Assembly (NCBI GenBank): GCA_038745065.1
Contig: JBCDLT010000013.1
Location: 22,790 to 86,789, forward strand
Origin: Pseudomonadota bacterium
GTDB taxonomy: Bacteria > Pseudomonadota > Alphaproteobacteria > Rhizobiales > JANQQB01
DNA length: 64,000 nucleotides
Reading direction: 5' to 3'
Shown here: positions 34,433 through 43,330 of the stretch, piece by piece
How the letters are laid out: every line of letters begins with the position of its first letter
How positions within the stretch are numbered: the first letter of the stretch is position 1
The notes under the pieces: generated by a model
Databases searched by the model: none
Told to the model about the DNA's origin: nothing
Seen by the model: the letters and a program-made list of their open reading frames with translations, nothing else
Translations under genes and position numbers: made by a program

Positions 34433-35185
34433 ATGGCGTCTGCCGAACCCGAACCGGTTATCCGTCTGGAAGAGGTCGACAAATGGTTCGGCGACTTCCA
34501 GGCCCTGAAGGGTGTCAGCCTCGACGTGGATTCCGGTGAAAAGGTCGTGGTCTGCGGCCCGTCCGGATCCGGCAAATCGACCATGATCCGCTGCGTCAAC
34601 CGGCTGGAACGCCATGAAAAGGGCCGCATCGTCGTCGCCGGCATCGAATTGCGCGACAGTCGCGAGAGCGTGCTCGCGGTACGCGAGAACGTCGGCATGG
34701 TGTTCCAGCAGTTCAATCTGTTTCCGCATCTCACGGTTTTGGACAACCTGACGCTCGGCCCGATCCGCGCCCGTGGCCTGTCCCGCGCCGAAGCTGTCGA
34801 ACGGGCGGAACACTATCTCGACCGGGTGCACATCCCCGAACAGAAGGACAAGTATCCCGGCCAATTGTCCGGCGGCCAGCAGCAACGTGTTGCGATCGCC
34901 CGGTCGCTCTGTATGGAACCTCAGATCCTGTTGTTCGACGAACCGACCTCCGCGCTCGACCCGGAAATGATCGCCGAAGTGCTCGATGTGATGGGCGAAC
35001 TGGCCAATTCCGGCATGACGATGATCGTCGTCACCCATGAAATGGGCTTTGCCCGCAAGGTCGCCGACACGATGGTGTTCATGGATCGCGGCGAAATCGT
35101 CGAAGTCGCCGAACCGCGGACGTTTTTCGAATCCCCCCAGAGCGAACGCTGCCAGCGTTTTTTGAAACAGATCCTGCATCACTAG
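34433..35185 (+). CDS. amino acid ABC transporter ATP-binding protein
   Basis: GPSGSGKST; LSGGQQQRVAIARSL; ILLFDEPTSALD. Confidence 0.9.
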   Translation: MASAEPEPVIRLEEVDKWFGDFQALKGVSLDVDSGEKVVVCGPSGSGKSTMIRCVNRLERHEKGRIVVAGIELRDSRESVLAVRENVGMVFQQFNLFPHLTVLDNLTLGPIRARGLSRAEAVERAEHYLDRVHIPEQKDKYPGQLSGGQQQRVAIARSLCMEPQILLFDEPTSALDPEMIAEVLDVMGELANSGMTMIVVTHEMGFARKVADTMVFMDRGEIVEVAEPRTFFESPQSERCQRFLKQILHH

Positions 35186-35193
35186 AGCATTGT

Positions 35194-35961
35194 GTGATCA
35201 TGCCCTTTTCCCGCCTCCTTGCACGCGCCCGACCGGTCCCTGTCGTCCTTCTGGCGCTGCTCCTGGGCGGGTGCTCCGCGAACTGGGGCTGGTATGTCGT
35301 CTCGCCGACGACGACGAACGGTCTCAACAACCTGAAATTCCTGCTCGGCGGATTGCAATACACGATTACCCTGTCGCTGACGGCGATCGCGATATCGATC
35401 GTGATCGGCCTGCTCGTCGCTCTGCCGGGCATATCCAGCCATCGAGGTCTGCGCGCGTTCAATCGGGTTTATGTCGAGATCGTTCGGGCCGTGCCGATCC
35501 TGGTCCTGATCCTTTGGGTCTATTATGGCCTGCCGCAAATGGCCGGCATCGCGATCAGCGTGTTCTGGGCCGGCGTGATTGCGCTCGCTCTGTCCGACAG
35601 CGCGTTTCAGGCGGAGATCTTCCGGGCCGGCATCCAGTCGATCGCGCGCGGTCAGTACGAGGCCGCGCATTCGATTTCCCTGTCCTACCGCGACACGATG
35701 CGTTTCGTGATCCTGCCCCAGGCGATCCGCAGGATCCTGCCCGCGCTCGGCAATCAACTGGTCTACATGCTGAAAATGTCGTCCTTGGTCTCGGTGATCG
35801 GCATGCAGGAACTGACCCGCCGGGCCAACGAACTGGTGGTGACGGAATACCGGCCGCTCGAAATCTACACCATCCTGGTCCTCGAATATCTCGTGCTCAT
35901 CCTGATCGTGTCGGCCGGTGTGCGCTGGCTGGAGCGCAGGATGCAAACCGACGAGCGCTGA
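35194..35961 (+). CDS. amino acid ABC transporter permease (His/Glu/Gln/Arg family)
   Basis: 255 aa polytopic. EAA-loop region YEAAHSISLSYRDTMRFVILPQAIRRILPALGNQ. Confidence 0.9.
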   Translation: MIMPFSRLLARARPVPVVLLALLLGGCSANWGWYVVSPTTTNGLNNLKFLLGGLQYTITLSLTAIAISIVIGLLVALPGISSHRGLRAFNRVYVEIVRAVPILVLILWVYYGLPQMAGIAISVFWAGVIALALSDSAFQAEIFRAGIQSIARGQYEAAHSISLSYRDTMRFVILPQAIRRILPALGNQLVYMLKMSSLVSVIGMQELTRRANELVVTEYRPLEIYTILVLEYLVLILIVSAGVRWLERRMQTDER

Positions 35962-36033
35962 AAAACCAGAACCGTTGGCGACCCGGCGGGCCTGCAGACA
36001 CCGCGCCGTCGCTGCAAAAATGGGAGACCGCCC

Positions 36034-36618
36034 GTGTCCGCCTGGATCCGAATGATCGGCGACGAGGAAGCCGACGCCGACCTGCTCGACGCTCTTTCCC
36101 TGTCGCGCACGCCGCACGGCACCGTCGACAATGTCATGCGCGTGCATTCGCTGCGGCCGAACACGATGCGCGGCCACGTGGCGCTCTACCGTGCCGCTCT
36201 GCACGACGACAGCAACACGCTGCCGGCCTGGCTTCAGGAAACCGTCTCCAGCTATGTGTCGATCCTTAACGATTGCCCCTATTCGCTTGCCAATCACTGG
36301 GCCAATGCCCGCCATCTGATCGGCGACACCGAACGGGCGGATGCCATCGAGGCGGCGCTCAACGCGAAAAAACCGGAAAACGCATTCGATGGCGGGCCGC
36401 TGGCGCTGCTGCGCTACGCGGAACAGCTCACCTTGTCTCCAGGCAGCATGACCCGGGCGGATGTCGAAGCCCTCCGCGCGGCCGGCTATGACGACGGCCA
36501 GATCCTGGAGGTCAACCAGATCATCGGGTATTTCAACTACGTGAACCGCTGCCTCAACGGTCTCGGCGTGACCACCGAGGGCGACATCGTCGGCTATTAC
36601 ACGAGCGGCGACGATTGA
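36034..36618 (+). CDS. carboxymuconolactone decarboxylase (CMD/AhpD-like) family, peroxidase-related enzyme type
   Basis: GTG start with GGAG SD. VSILNDCPYSLANH and LEVNQIIGYFNYVNR patterns. Confidence 0.75.
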   Translation: MSAWIRMIGDEEADADLLDALSLSRTPHGTVDNVMRVHSLRPNTMRGHVALYRAALHDDSNTLPAWLQETVSSYVSILNDCPYSLANHWANARHLIGDTERADAIEAALNAKKPENAFDGGPLALLRYAEQLTLSPGSMTRADVEALRAAGYDDGQILEVNQIIGYFNYVNRCLNGLGVTTEGDIVGYYTSGDD

Positions 36619-36675
36619 CGAACTGTTGCGCATGAAGCATTATATTGCATGATAAGCAACAAGAGGAAACGCGCC

Positions 36676-37650
36676 ATGGTCGCCGCCAACGCAGCCGCAA
36701 ACGATCCGGAGGGCATTCCCGTCATCGACATGGCGCCGTTGATCGACGGCACCGACCCGCAGGCCGTCGCCGAAGCGCTTCATGCCGCCAGCCGCGATGT
36801 CGGCTTCATCTATGTTCGAAATCACGGCATTCCCGAAGGCTTGATCGACGCCACCCGGGACGCCGCCTACGGGCTGTTCCGTAGCCCGGACGCACAAAAG
36901 GCCGGCATCCGCATGCAAGGCACCCATCGCGGCTTTCTCGGCTCGGGGGGTGCACGCATGCAGGACGACGTCAAGGCAGATTTGAAGGAAAGCTTCGTCT
37001 GGGGGTTTGAATCGCCGGACGGGTCGCTGCCCGACGAACATTCGATCCGCGGCGCCAACCGCTGGCCCGACTTCCTTCCCGGTCTGCGTTCCGTCGCGAT
37101 GGACTATTTTGACGCCGGCCACCGCGTGGCCCACCATCTGATGCGCGGGTTTGCCCGCGGGCTCGACCTGGATCCCGATTTTTTTCTGAAGACCACCGCA
37201 CACCCCTTGAGCCGGGCATCGTTTGTCTATTATCCGCCGCAACCCGATGGCATGGACGGAAAGCAGTTCGGTGTCGGCCCGCATACGGATTTCGGCGTGT
37301 TGACGGTGTTGTGCCAGGATTCAGTCGGCGGGCTGGAAGTCGAGGATATGGCCGGCCGCTGGATTCCGGCGCCGCCGATCCCGGGCACGCTGATCGTCAA
37401 CGTCGGAGATCTTCTGGCACGCTGGACCGACGGCGCTTATCGCTCGACCCCGCATCGGGTGATCAATCGGTCCGGCCGCGAACGGCTGTCCCTCGTCCTG
37501 TGTTACGATCCGGATCCCGACACCATCATCGATGCCCGCCAGGTATTCGGTCCAGCGCATACGCCGAAGGAAGCCCCGACCACCTGCGGCGACTATCTGA
37601 CATGGCGGTTTGACAAAGCCTTTGCCTACCGCAACAAGGGCGCAGCCTGA
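36676..37650 (+). CDS. 2-oxoglutarate/Fe(II)-dependent oxygenase (isopenicillin N synthase family)
   Basis: IPVIDMAPL...GFIYVRNHGIP; HTDFGVLTVLCQD (HxD); YRSTPHRV. Second ATG of ORF 36649..37650, preceded by AAGAGGAAA. Confidence 0.85.
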   Translation: MVAANAAANDPEGIPVIDMAPLIDGTDPQAVAEALHAASRDVGFIYVRNHGIPEGLIDATRDAAYGLFRSPDAQKAGIRMQGTHRGFLGSGGARMQDDVKADLKESFVWGFESPDGSLPDEHSIRGANRWPDFLPGLRSVAMDYFDAGHRVAHHLMRGFARGLDLDPDFFLKTTAHPLSRASFVYYPPQPDGMDGKQFGVGPHTDFGVLTVLCQDSVGGLEVEDMAGRWIPAPPIPGTLIVNVGDLLARWTDGAYRSTPHRVINRSGRERLSLVLCYDPDPDTIIDARQVFGPAHTPKEAPTTCGDYLTWRFDKAFAYRNKGAA

Positions 37651-37669
37651 ACATAACCGGCCGGACCGG

Positions 37670-38314
37670 ATGACAGCCGAAACCGAACATGCCGATATGC
37701 AGCCAACGGACTGGGGGGAAGAGACCTCCGGCCAGCCGGATGGCGCCGACCTCGACCGTGCGGTCGGCCGGGCGCTGAAAGAGTTGCGGGATTTCAATTC
37801 TTTTACGGCCCGCGATCTGGCGGCGCGCTCCGGCGTTTCTGCGGCCATGATCTCACGCATCGAGAACGGTCAGGTATCGCCTTCCCTGTCGACCCTCCAG
37901 GCCCTGGCGCAGGCGCTTGACGTGCCCGTTGTCAGCCTGTTTCGCGAAACCGCCACGTCGACGGCCGACATCACCCATGTCAAACGCGGCAAGGGCCTGA
38001 AATCCATGCGGCTTGCCGGACCGCACGAGCACGAATTCACCGCGCTTGGCTTTCACCGGCGTCCGAACCTGCGGTTTGAATCGATCCTGGTCCGCCTGGA
38101 ACGGCGCCCCGACATCCGGCCGCCGATCTATACCGGCCATGGATGCCTGTTCCTGTACATACTCGAGGGCGAGGCGATCTACCAGTATGGCGGCCGGGAC
38201 ATCCGCCTCGAAGCCGGCGATTCATTGAGCTTCGATGCCGAGGTCGGACATGGCTTCAAGGAAGTCCTGTCGCCCGAGGTAACCTTCCTGTCCGTTCAGT
38301 CGGAGAGCCGTTGA
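37670..38314 (+). CDS. XRE-family HTH + cupin transcriptional regulator
   Basis: FTARDLAARSGVSAAMISRIENGQVSPSLSTLQALAQALDVPVVSLF plus a C-terminal cupin. Start uncertain: ATG at 37670 has no SD, and a TTG at 37610 is the alternative. Confidence 0.8.
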   Translation: MTAETEHADMQPTDWGEETSGQPDGADLDRAVGRALKELRDFNSFTARDLAARSGVSAAMISRIENGQVSPSLSTLQALAQALDVPVVSLFRETATSTADITHVKRGKGLKSMRLAGPHEHEFTALGFHRRPNLRFESILVRLERRPDIRPPIYTGHGCLFLYILEGEAIYQYGGRDIRLEAGDSLSFDAEVGHGFKEVLSPEVTFLSVQSESR

Positions 38315-39417
38315 TGCACAACGGAACGGGTCTGTCCGAGGACGATCTGCTCGCTCAGGGTGCCCGCAATCTGCTTCGGCAATGCGCCGGCCTTGCGCCA
38401 GGCGACAGCCTCGTGATCTTTCACGAAGATCCGGAGCTCGGCTGGTACGACCGGGCCGCGCCGGAGGCCATTGCCGCGGCAGCGCGTGCGATCGGTGCAT
38501 CGGTAACCCTGATCGAGGTCGATGCTCCAGGACGCAATGAAAGCCGCGCCGAAGCGATCGAAGCGGCCATGGCCGAGCACGACCAGACACTCTACATGGC
38601 GCGACTTGGCGACCAGGACCGTTTTGCCCCCTCCAGAACCGCCCGGCCGGCGGTCATGTGCTACGCGACGGATGCCGCAGCGCTTGCCTCGCCGTTCGGC
38701 ACATTCGACCATCGTGCCTTTGTCGCCCTGAACGATGCCGTCAATGCGGTGTTGGCGAAGGCCGGCTCGATCCGCGTCACGTGTCCGGCCGGAACCGATC
38801 TGATCGGATCCGTCGTTCCGGGCCCGGATGAAGGACCGGAGGAGGTTACCGTCAGGCGTTTTCCGATGTGTGTCTATAAGCCCGTGCCGATGCGCGGTTT
38901 CACCGGCCATGTGGCACTGACGCACTTTTTGGTCCCGACGGGATCGCGGCCCTACGAACCGCCTTTCGTGCCGATCCCGGATACGGTACGGGCCGCCGTG
39001 CACGAAGGCACGATTACCGGATTTTCCGGCAAACCGGACACGATTGCCGCCATCGAAGCTCATTACGCCCATGTATCCGGCCTGTTCGGGATCGAGCCGA
39101 TGGTCACCCATTCATGGCATTCCGGCCTGCATCCCGGCTGCAGCGTGCGGCAGCCGGCGACCGCCGATCCGGACAAGTGGGGCAATACCATTTTCGGCAA
39201 TCCCCGCATCCTGCATTGCCATACCTGCGGCGCCTATCCGCCGGGTGAAATCTGCTGGATGGTGATCGATCACACAATCCAAGTGGATGATGTCGTCCTA
39301 TGGGAACAGGGTTACCTGAACGTCGACGGATTTGCCGCACTGGCCCGCGTCGCAAACGCCTGGCCGGGACTGCGCGATCTGCTGGCAAGCCCCTCCCCCG
39401 AGATCGGCCTCGCCTGA
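38314..39417 (+). CDS. uncharacterised protein, distant aminopeptidase-T (M29) / NicX-like fold
   Basis: Internal ATG overlapping the regulator stop (ATGA). The N-terminal ARNLLRQCAGLAPGDSLVIFHED and C-terminal SWHSGLHPG...GNTIFGNPRILHCHTCG...IQVDDVVLWEQG resemble the layout of the M29/2,5-dihydroxypyridine dioxygenase family as I recall it. Confidence 0.4.
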   Translation: MHNGTGLSEDDLLAQGARNLLRQCAGLAPGDSLVIFHEDPELGWYDRAAPEAIAAAARAIGASVTLIEVDAPGRNESRAEAIEAAMAEHDQTLYMARLGDQDRFAPSRTARPAVMCYATDAAALASPFGTFDHRAFVALNDAVNAVLAKAGSIRVTCPAGTDLIGSVVPGPDEGPEEVTVRRFPMCVYKPVPMRGFTGHVALTHFLVPTGSRPYEPPFVPIPDTVRAAVHEGTITGFSGKPDTIAAIEAHYAHVSGLFGIEPMVTHSWHSGLHPGCSVRQPATADPDKWGNTIFGNPRILHCHTCGAYPPGEICWMVIDHTIQVDDVVLWEQGYLNVDGFAALARVANAWPGLRDLLASPSPEIGLA

Positions 39418-39502
39418 CCCGGACCGCTTTTCGTCGCAGACGGCTGGACGAGACGATGCGGACTTGTAGACTGCCGTTTCTGAACCGGAAACGGGAGGAT
39501 AA

Positions 39503-40258
39503 ATGCAACCGGCGCTGACCGTTGAGGGGGTAAGCCATGCCTTTGGCAAGAAACAGGCGCTCGACGCCGTCGACCTGACCGTGCAGCAGGGACAGTTCTG
39601 CGCATTGCTCGGCCCGAACGGTGCCGGCAAGACCACATTGTTCTCGCTCGTCACCCGCCTTTACGACAATGTCAGCGGCACCATCCGCGTGCTCGGGTAC
39701 GACGTGCGCCGGCAATCGAGCCAGGCGCTTCAGAATCTGGGTGTGGTGTTTCAGAGCCGGACGGTCGATGCCGATCTTTCAGTCATGCAGAATCTGACCT
39801 ACCACGCCGCCCTGCATGGCATGCCGGCGAAGCTGGCAAGAGACCGGGCAGAGGCAGAATTGCACCGGATCGGCCTCGCAGATCGCGCACGGGACAAGAT
39901 CCGCGCGCTTTCCGGCGGCCAGGTCCGGCGTGTCGAGATTGCCCGAGCGCTGATCCATCGGCCGCGCCTGCTACTCCTCGACGAGCCGACCGTGGGGCTC
40001 GATATCGAAAGCCGTCAGGAAATCGTGTCCCATGTCCGGTCCCTTGTCGAAACCGGGGGCCTCGGCGTTCTTTGGGCAACCCATCTGGTGGACGAACTCG
40101 ATCAACGCGACAATGTGATCGTGCTGCACAGCGGCAAGGTACTCACCCAGAATGCTGCAGGCGCCCTCATCAAACAAACCGGCGAGGCGGATCTGATCGG
40201 CGCGTTCTGCGCCCTGACCGGCACCAAGCCGCCGCAACGCGCGGCCGCCCTCGCATGA
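39503..40258 (+). CDS. ABC transporter ATP-binding protein (ABC-2 exporter type)
   Basis: GPNGAGKTT; LSGGQVRRVEIARAL; LLLLDEPTVGLD. GGGAGGA SD. Confidence 0.9.
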   Translation: MQPALTVEGVSHAFGKKQALDAVDLTVQQGQFCALLGPNGAGKTTLFSLVTRLYDNVSGTIRVLGYDVRRQSSQALQNLGVVFQSRTVDADLSVMQNLTYHAALHGMPAKLARDRAEAELHRIGLADRARDKIRALSGGQVRRVEIARALIHRPRLLLLDEPTVGLDIESRQEIVSHVRSLVETGGLGVLWATHLVDELDQRDNVIVLHSGKVLTQNAAGALIKQTGEADLIGAFCALTGTKPPQRAAALA

Positions 40259-41130
40259 CGATCGACACACTGACCCCGGATTCTGACACGGCCTCCGCAA
40301 GCCGGGAGCCCGCGCCGCTTGGCCTTCTCGGCTATCTGCGCTGTGCGCAAGGTATCGTCTGGCGCGAGGCGCTGAGGTTCATACACCAGCGCGAGCGCTT
40401 CGTTGCCGCGCTCGTCCGTCCGCTGGTCTGGCTGTTCATTTTCGCGGCCGGTTTCCGGGCCGTGCTCGGCCTGTCGATCACCGAACCCTACGAGACTTAC
40501 ATTCTCTACGAGGTCTACATCGCCCCGGGCCTGGTCGGCATGATCCAGTTGTTCAACGGCATGCAATCCTCGCTCGCCATGGTCTACGACCGGGAAATGG
40601 GCAACATGCGGTCGCTGCTCGTCAGCCCGGTGCCGCGATGGTTCCTGTTGTCCTCCAAACTTGTCGCGGGCGTCGCTGTGTCGCTGGCGCAGGTCTATGT
40701 CTTTCTGGCGATCGCCCGGATCTGGGAAATCGAACCGCCCCTGATCGGCTATCTGACCGTCCTGCCGGCCCTCGTCCTGTCCGGCCTGATGCTCGGCGCC
40801 CTGGGGCTGTTGCTGTCATCGATCATCCGGCAGCTCGAGAACTTCGCCGGCATCATGAATTTTGTGATTTTTCCCATGTTCTTTCTTTCCTCTGCGCTCT
40901 ACCCGCTGTTGCGCATGAAAGAATCGAGCCCGCTCCTGCACGACCTGTGCCTCTGGAACCCGTTCACGCACGCAGTGGAGCTGATCCGCTTCGCGCTCTA
41001 CGCCAAGCCGAACTGGGAAGCCGCTTCCATCGTCATCGCCTGCACGGCCGTGTTCATGGGACTGGCGATCTTTGCCTATAATCCGTCCAAGGGCATGCTG
41101 GCGCGCCGCGGCGGCCCCGGCCGCGCCTGA
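40255..41130 (+). CDS. ABC-2 type transporter permease
   Basis: Internal ATG overlapping the ATPase stop (ATGA). 291 aa, 6 TM. Confidence 0.85.
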   Translation: MTIDTLTPDSDTASASREPAPLGLLGYLRCAQGIVWREALRFIHQRERFVAALVRPLVWLFIFAAGFRAVLGLSITEPYETYILYEVYIAPGLVGMIQLFNGMQSSLAMVYDREMGNMRSLLVSPVPRWFLLSSKLVAGVAVSLAQVYVFLAIARIWEIEPPLIGYLTVLPALVLSGLMLGALGLLLSSIIRQLENFAGIMNFVIFPMFFLSSALYPLLRMKESSPLLHDLCLWNPFTHAVELIRFALYAKPNWEAASIVIACTAVFMGLAIFAYNPSKGMLARRGGPGRA

Positions 41131-41163
41131 GCGCCCGTTGCAGTGCAGGAGATCCTGAAGACC

Positions 41164-43116
41164 ATGCAGAAGAACACTCCGGTCATCGCGCCCTATGGCG
41201 CCTGGTCGTCGCCGATCACGTCCGACCTGATCGCCGCCCATCCGATCCGGTTCGGCGATCTGGTGCTGGATGGCGACGATGTGTACTGGACCGAGGCGCG
41301 CCCCTGGGAACAGGGTCGCGCGGTCGTCGTTCGGCTGCCCCGCGACGGGAAACCGGAAGACGCGACACCGGCGCCCTTCAACGCCCGCACGCTGGTGCAT
41401 GAATATGGCGGCGGCGCCCTCCTGGCAGCGGGCGGCACGGTCTATTTCACCAATCTGGATCCGGGCCGTCCCCACGCCGACCAGCGCATCCATCGCGTCG
41501 CGCCGGACGATGCGGCCCCTGAACCGGTAACCGCTGAAGCCTCGGTCCGATATGCCGACATGATGCTCGATGACCGGCGCGGTCGACTGATCGCCGTGCG
41601 CGAGACCCATGCGGACAGGTCCGGCACCGTGAACGGCGAACCGGTCAACGACATCGTCTCGATCGATCTTGCGGATCCGGGCTCCATCCGGGTCCTGGCA
41701 AGCGGAGACGACTTTTATGCCGCGCCGCGCCTGTCCCCGGACGGAAACCGGATTGCATATGTCTCCTGGTCGCATCCGCACATGCCTTGGACAGAGACCA
41801 CGTTGTGGTGTGCCGACCTGGACGAAGCCGGTGAGCCGACCAAGGTAGAGCGCGTCGCGGGGGGACCCGGAATATCCGCCGTTCAGCCCGAATGGTCTCC
41901 GGACGGCACCTTGTTCTTTATCACCGACCAGACCGGCTGGTGGACGATCGCAAGAACCGGGGCGCAGGGTCCGGAAATTCTCGTTGACCGCGAAGCCGAA
42001 TTCGCACAGCCGCTTTGGCAGCTCGGTGGCTCAAGCTACGGGTTTCTGTCGTCAGATACTCTTGTGTGCAGCTTCGGCGAAAAGGGAACCTGGCGGCTTG
42101 CCCTCTTGACGCTTTCGGATCGCACGTTGAAACCGGTCGACCTGCCGTTCACGACGCTGCGCGCCGTCAGGGTCGCCGCGCCTTATGTCTACGCTTTCGC
42201 CGCCGCCCCGGACACGCCGGAGACCCTCGTCAGGATCGACCCCGCCACGGGTGCGGTCGACAGGATCCGGGCCTCTTTCGAAATCGCGCCCGACATTGTG
42301 CCGTACTTCTCGACGCCGCGCGCCCTGGAATTCCCGACAACGGGCGGCGCAACGGCCCATGCTTTCTACTATCCGCCGCAAAATCCGGGCTTCAGCGCGC
42401 CGGAGGACGAAAAACCGCCGCTGATCGTCATGTCGCATGGCGGGCCGACATCGGCGACAAGCGCCGCGCTCAGCCTGGCGCGGCAATTCTGGACGAGCCG
42501 GGGTTTCGGCGTCGTCGACGTCAATTATCGCGGCAGCACCGGATACGGGCGCGCCTACCGGTTTGCCCTGGAGCGGCAATGGGGCCTCGCCGATGTCGAG
42601 GACTGCATCGCCGCGGCCCGTTTCCTGATAGCCGAAGGCCATGTCGATCCGGACCGCGTCGGTATTACCGGCGGCAGCGCCGGCGGCTATACGACGCTTT
42701 CCGCGCTGACATTCCACGACTTCTTCAAGACCGGCGGCAGCCATTACGGCATTGGCGACCTCGAGGCGCTCGCCAAACACACGCACAAATTCGAATCGCG
42801 GTATCTGGACTGGCTGATCGGTCCCTACCCCCAGGACCGCGATACCTATCTGGCGCGCTCGCCGATCCATCATGTCGACCGGCTGAATGCCGCCGTGGCA
42901 TTCTTTCAGGGCGCGCTCGACAAGGTCGTCCCGCCCGAACAGGCCGACGAGATGGTCGCTGCGTTGAGGGCACGCAACTGCCCCACCCTTTACCTGTTGT
43001 TCGAAGACGAGCAGCACGGTTTCCGCAAAGGTCCGAACATCAAGCGGGCGCTCGACGCCGAACTGGCATTCTTTTCGATGTGGCTGAGCGGGACACAGCT
43101 CCGGTTTTCCGGTTAG
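41164..43116 (+). CDS. S9 family serine peptidase (prolyl oligopeptidase / acylaminoacyl-peptidase type)
   Basis: N-terminal beta-propeller-like region. Nucleophile elbow ITGGSAGGY. The first ATG of the ORF (the track starts at a GTG at 41143) is preceded by AGGAG. Confidence 0.85.
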   Translation: MQKNTPVIAPYGAWSSPITSDLIAAHPIRFGDLVLDGDDVYWTEARPWEQGRAVVVRLPRDGKPEDATPAPFNARTLVHEYGGGALLAAGGTVYFTNLDPGRPHADQRIHRVAPDDAAPEPVTAEASVRYADMMLDDRRGRLIAVRETHADRSGTVNGEPVNDIVSIDLADPGSIRVLASGDDFYAAPRLSPDGNRIAYVSWSHPHMPWTETTLWCADLDEAGEPTKVERVAGGPGISAVQPEWSPDGTLFFITDQTGWWTIARTGAQGPEILVDREAEFAQPLWQLGGSSYGFLSSDTLVCSFGEKGTWRLALLTLSDRTLKPVDLPFTTLRAVRVAAPYVYAFAAAPDTPETLVRIDPATGAVDRIRASFEIAPDIVPYFSTPRALEFPTTGGATAHAFYYPPQNPGFSAPEDEKPPLIVMSHGGPTSATSAALSLARQFWTSRGFGVVDVNYRGSTGYGRAYRFALERQWGLADVEDCIAAARFLIAEGHVDPDRVGITGGSAGGYTTLSALTFHDFFKTGGSHYGIGDLEALAKHTHKFESRYLDWLIGPYPQDRDTYLARSPIHHVDRLNAAVAFFQGALDKVVPPEQADEMVAALRARNCPTLYLLFEDEQHGFRKGPNIKRALDAELAFFSMWLSGTQLRFSG

Positions 43117-43330
43117 TGCGGCCCTATTGCGGCGCACGCCCAAGGGACAGTCCATGAGGAGCCCAATACCGCAATCAAGTTTCTTAAGGCCCCTGATATA
43201 CGCTGGCGCGCGAGCTCATCAGATGCCGCAATTCTAAGGTCATTATCAAGCGATAAGCAAAATCCTGTTTCCGCGAGCCATGCTCGCGGCACCGGGACGG
43301 TTGATATGCCACGAGCGGCGGGAGACGGAC

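Noticed and set aside
36631-36655. Direct repeat GCATGA x2 just upstream of the 2OG-oxygenase gene.
   Set aside because: The hexamers are short and overlap the alternative start codon. I note it only because one copy contains the ATTGCA box discussed for the 34.3-kb control region.
39456-39518. 20-codon upstream ORF (MRTCRLPFLNRKREDKCNRR) overlapping the ABC ATPase start.
   Set aside because: It has no SD, lies in the tail of a spurious longer ORF, and its composition is typical of an out-of-frame read.
43117-43330. ATTGCGG/CCGCAAT 7-mers (about 43126, 43170 and 43222) and the hairpin CCGCGAGC-cat-GCTCGCGG (43271-43289) upstream of the MFS gene.
   Set aside because: The 7-mers are widely and irregularly spaced and no regulator gene is adjacent. 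The hairpin lacks a U-tract. I used it only to argue that the ATG at 43280, which lies in its loop, is probably not the start codon.
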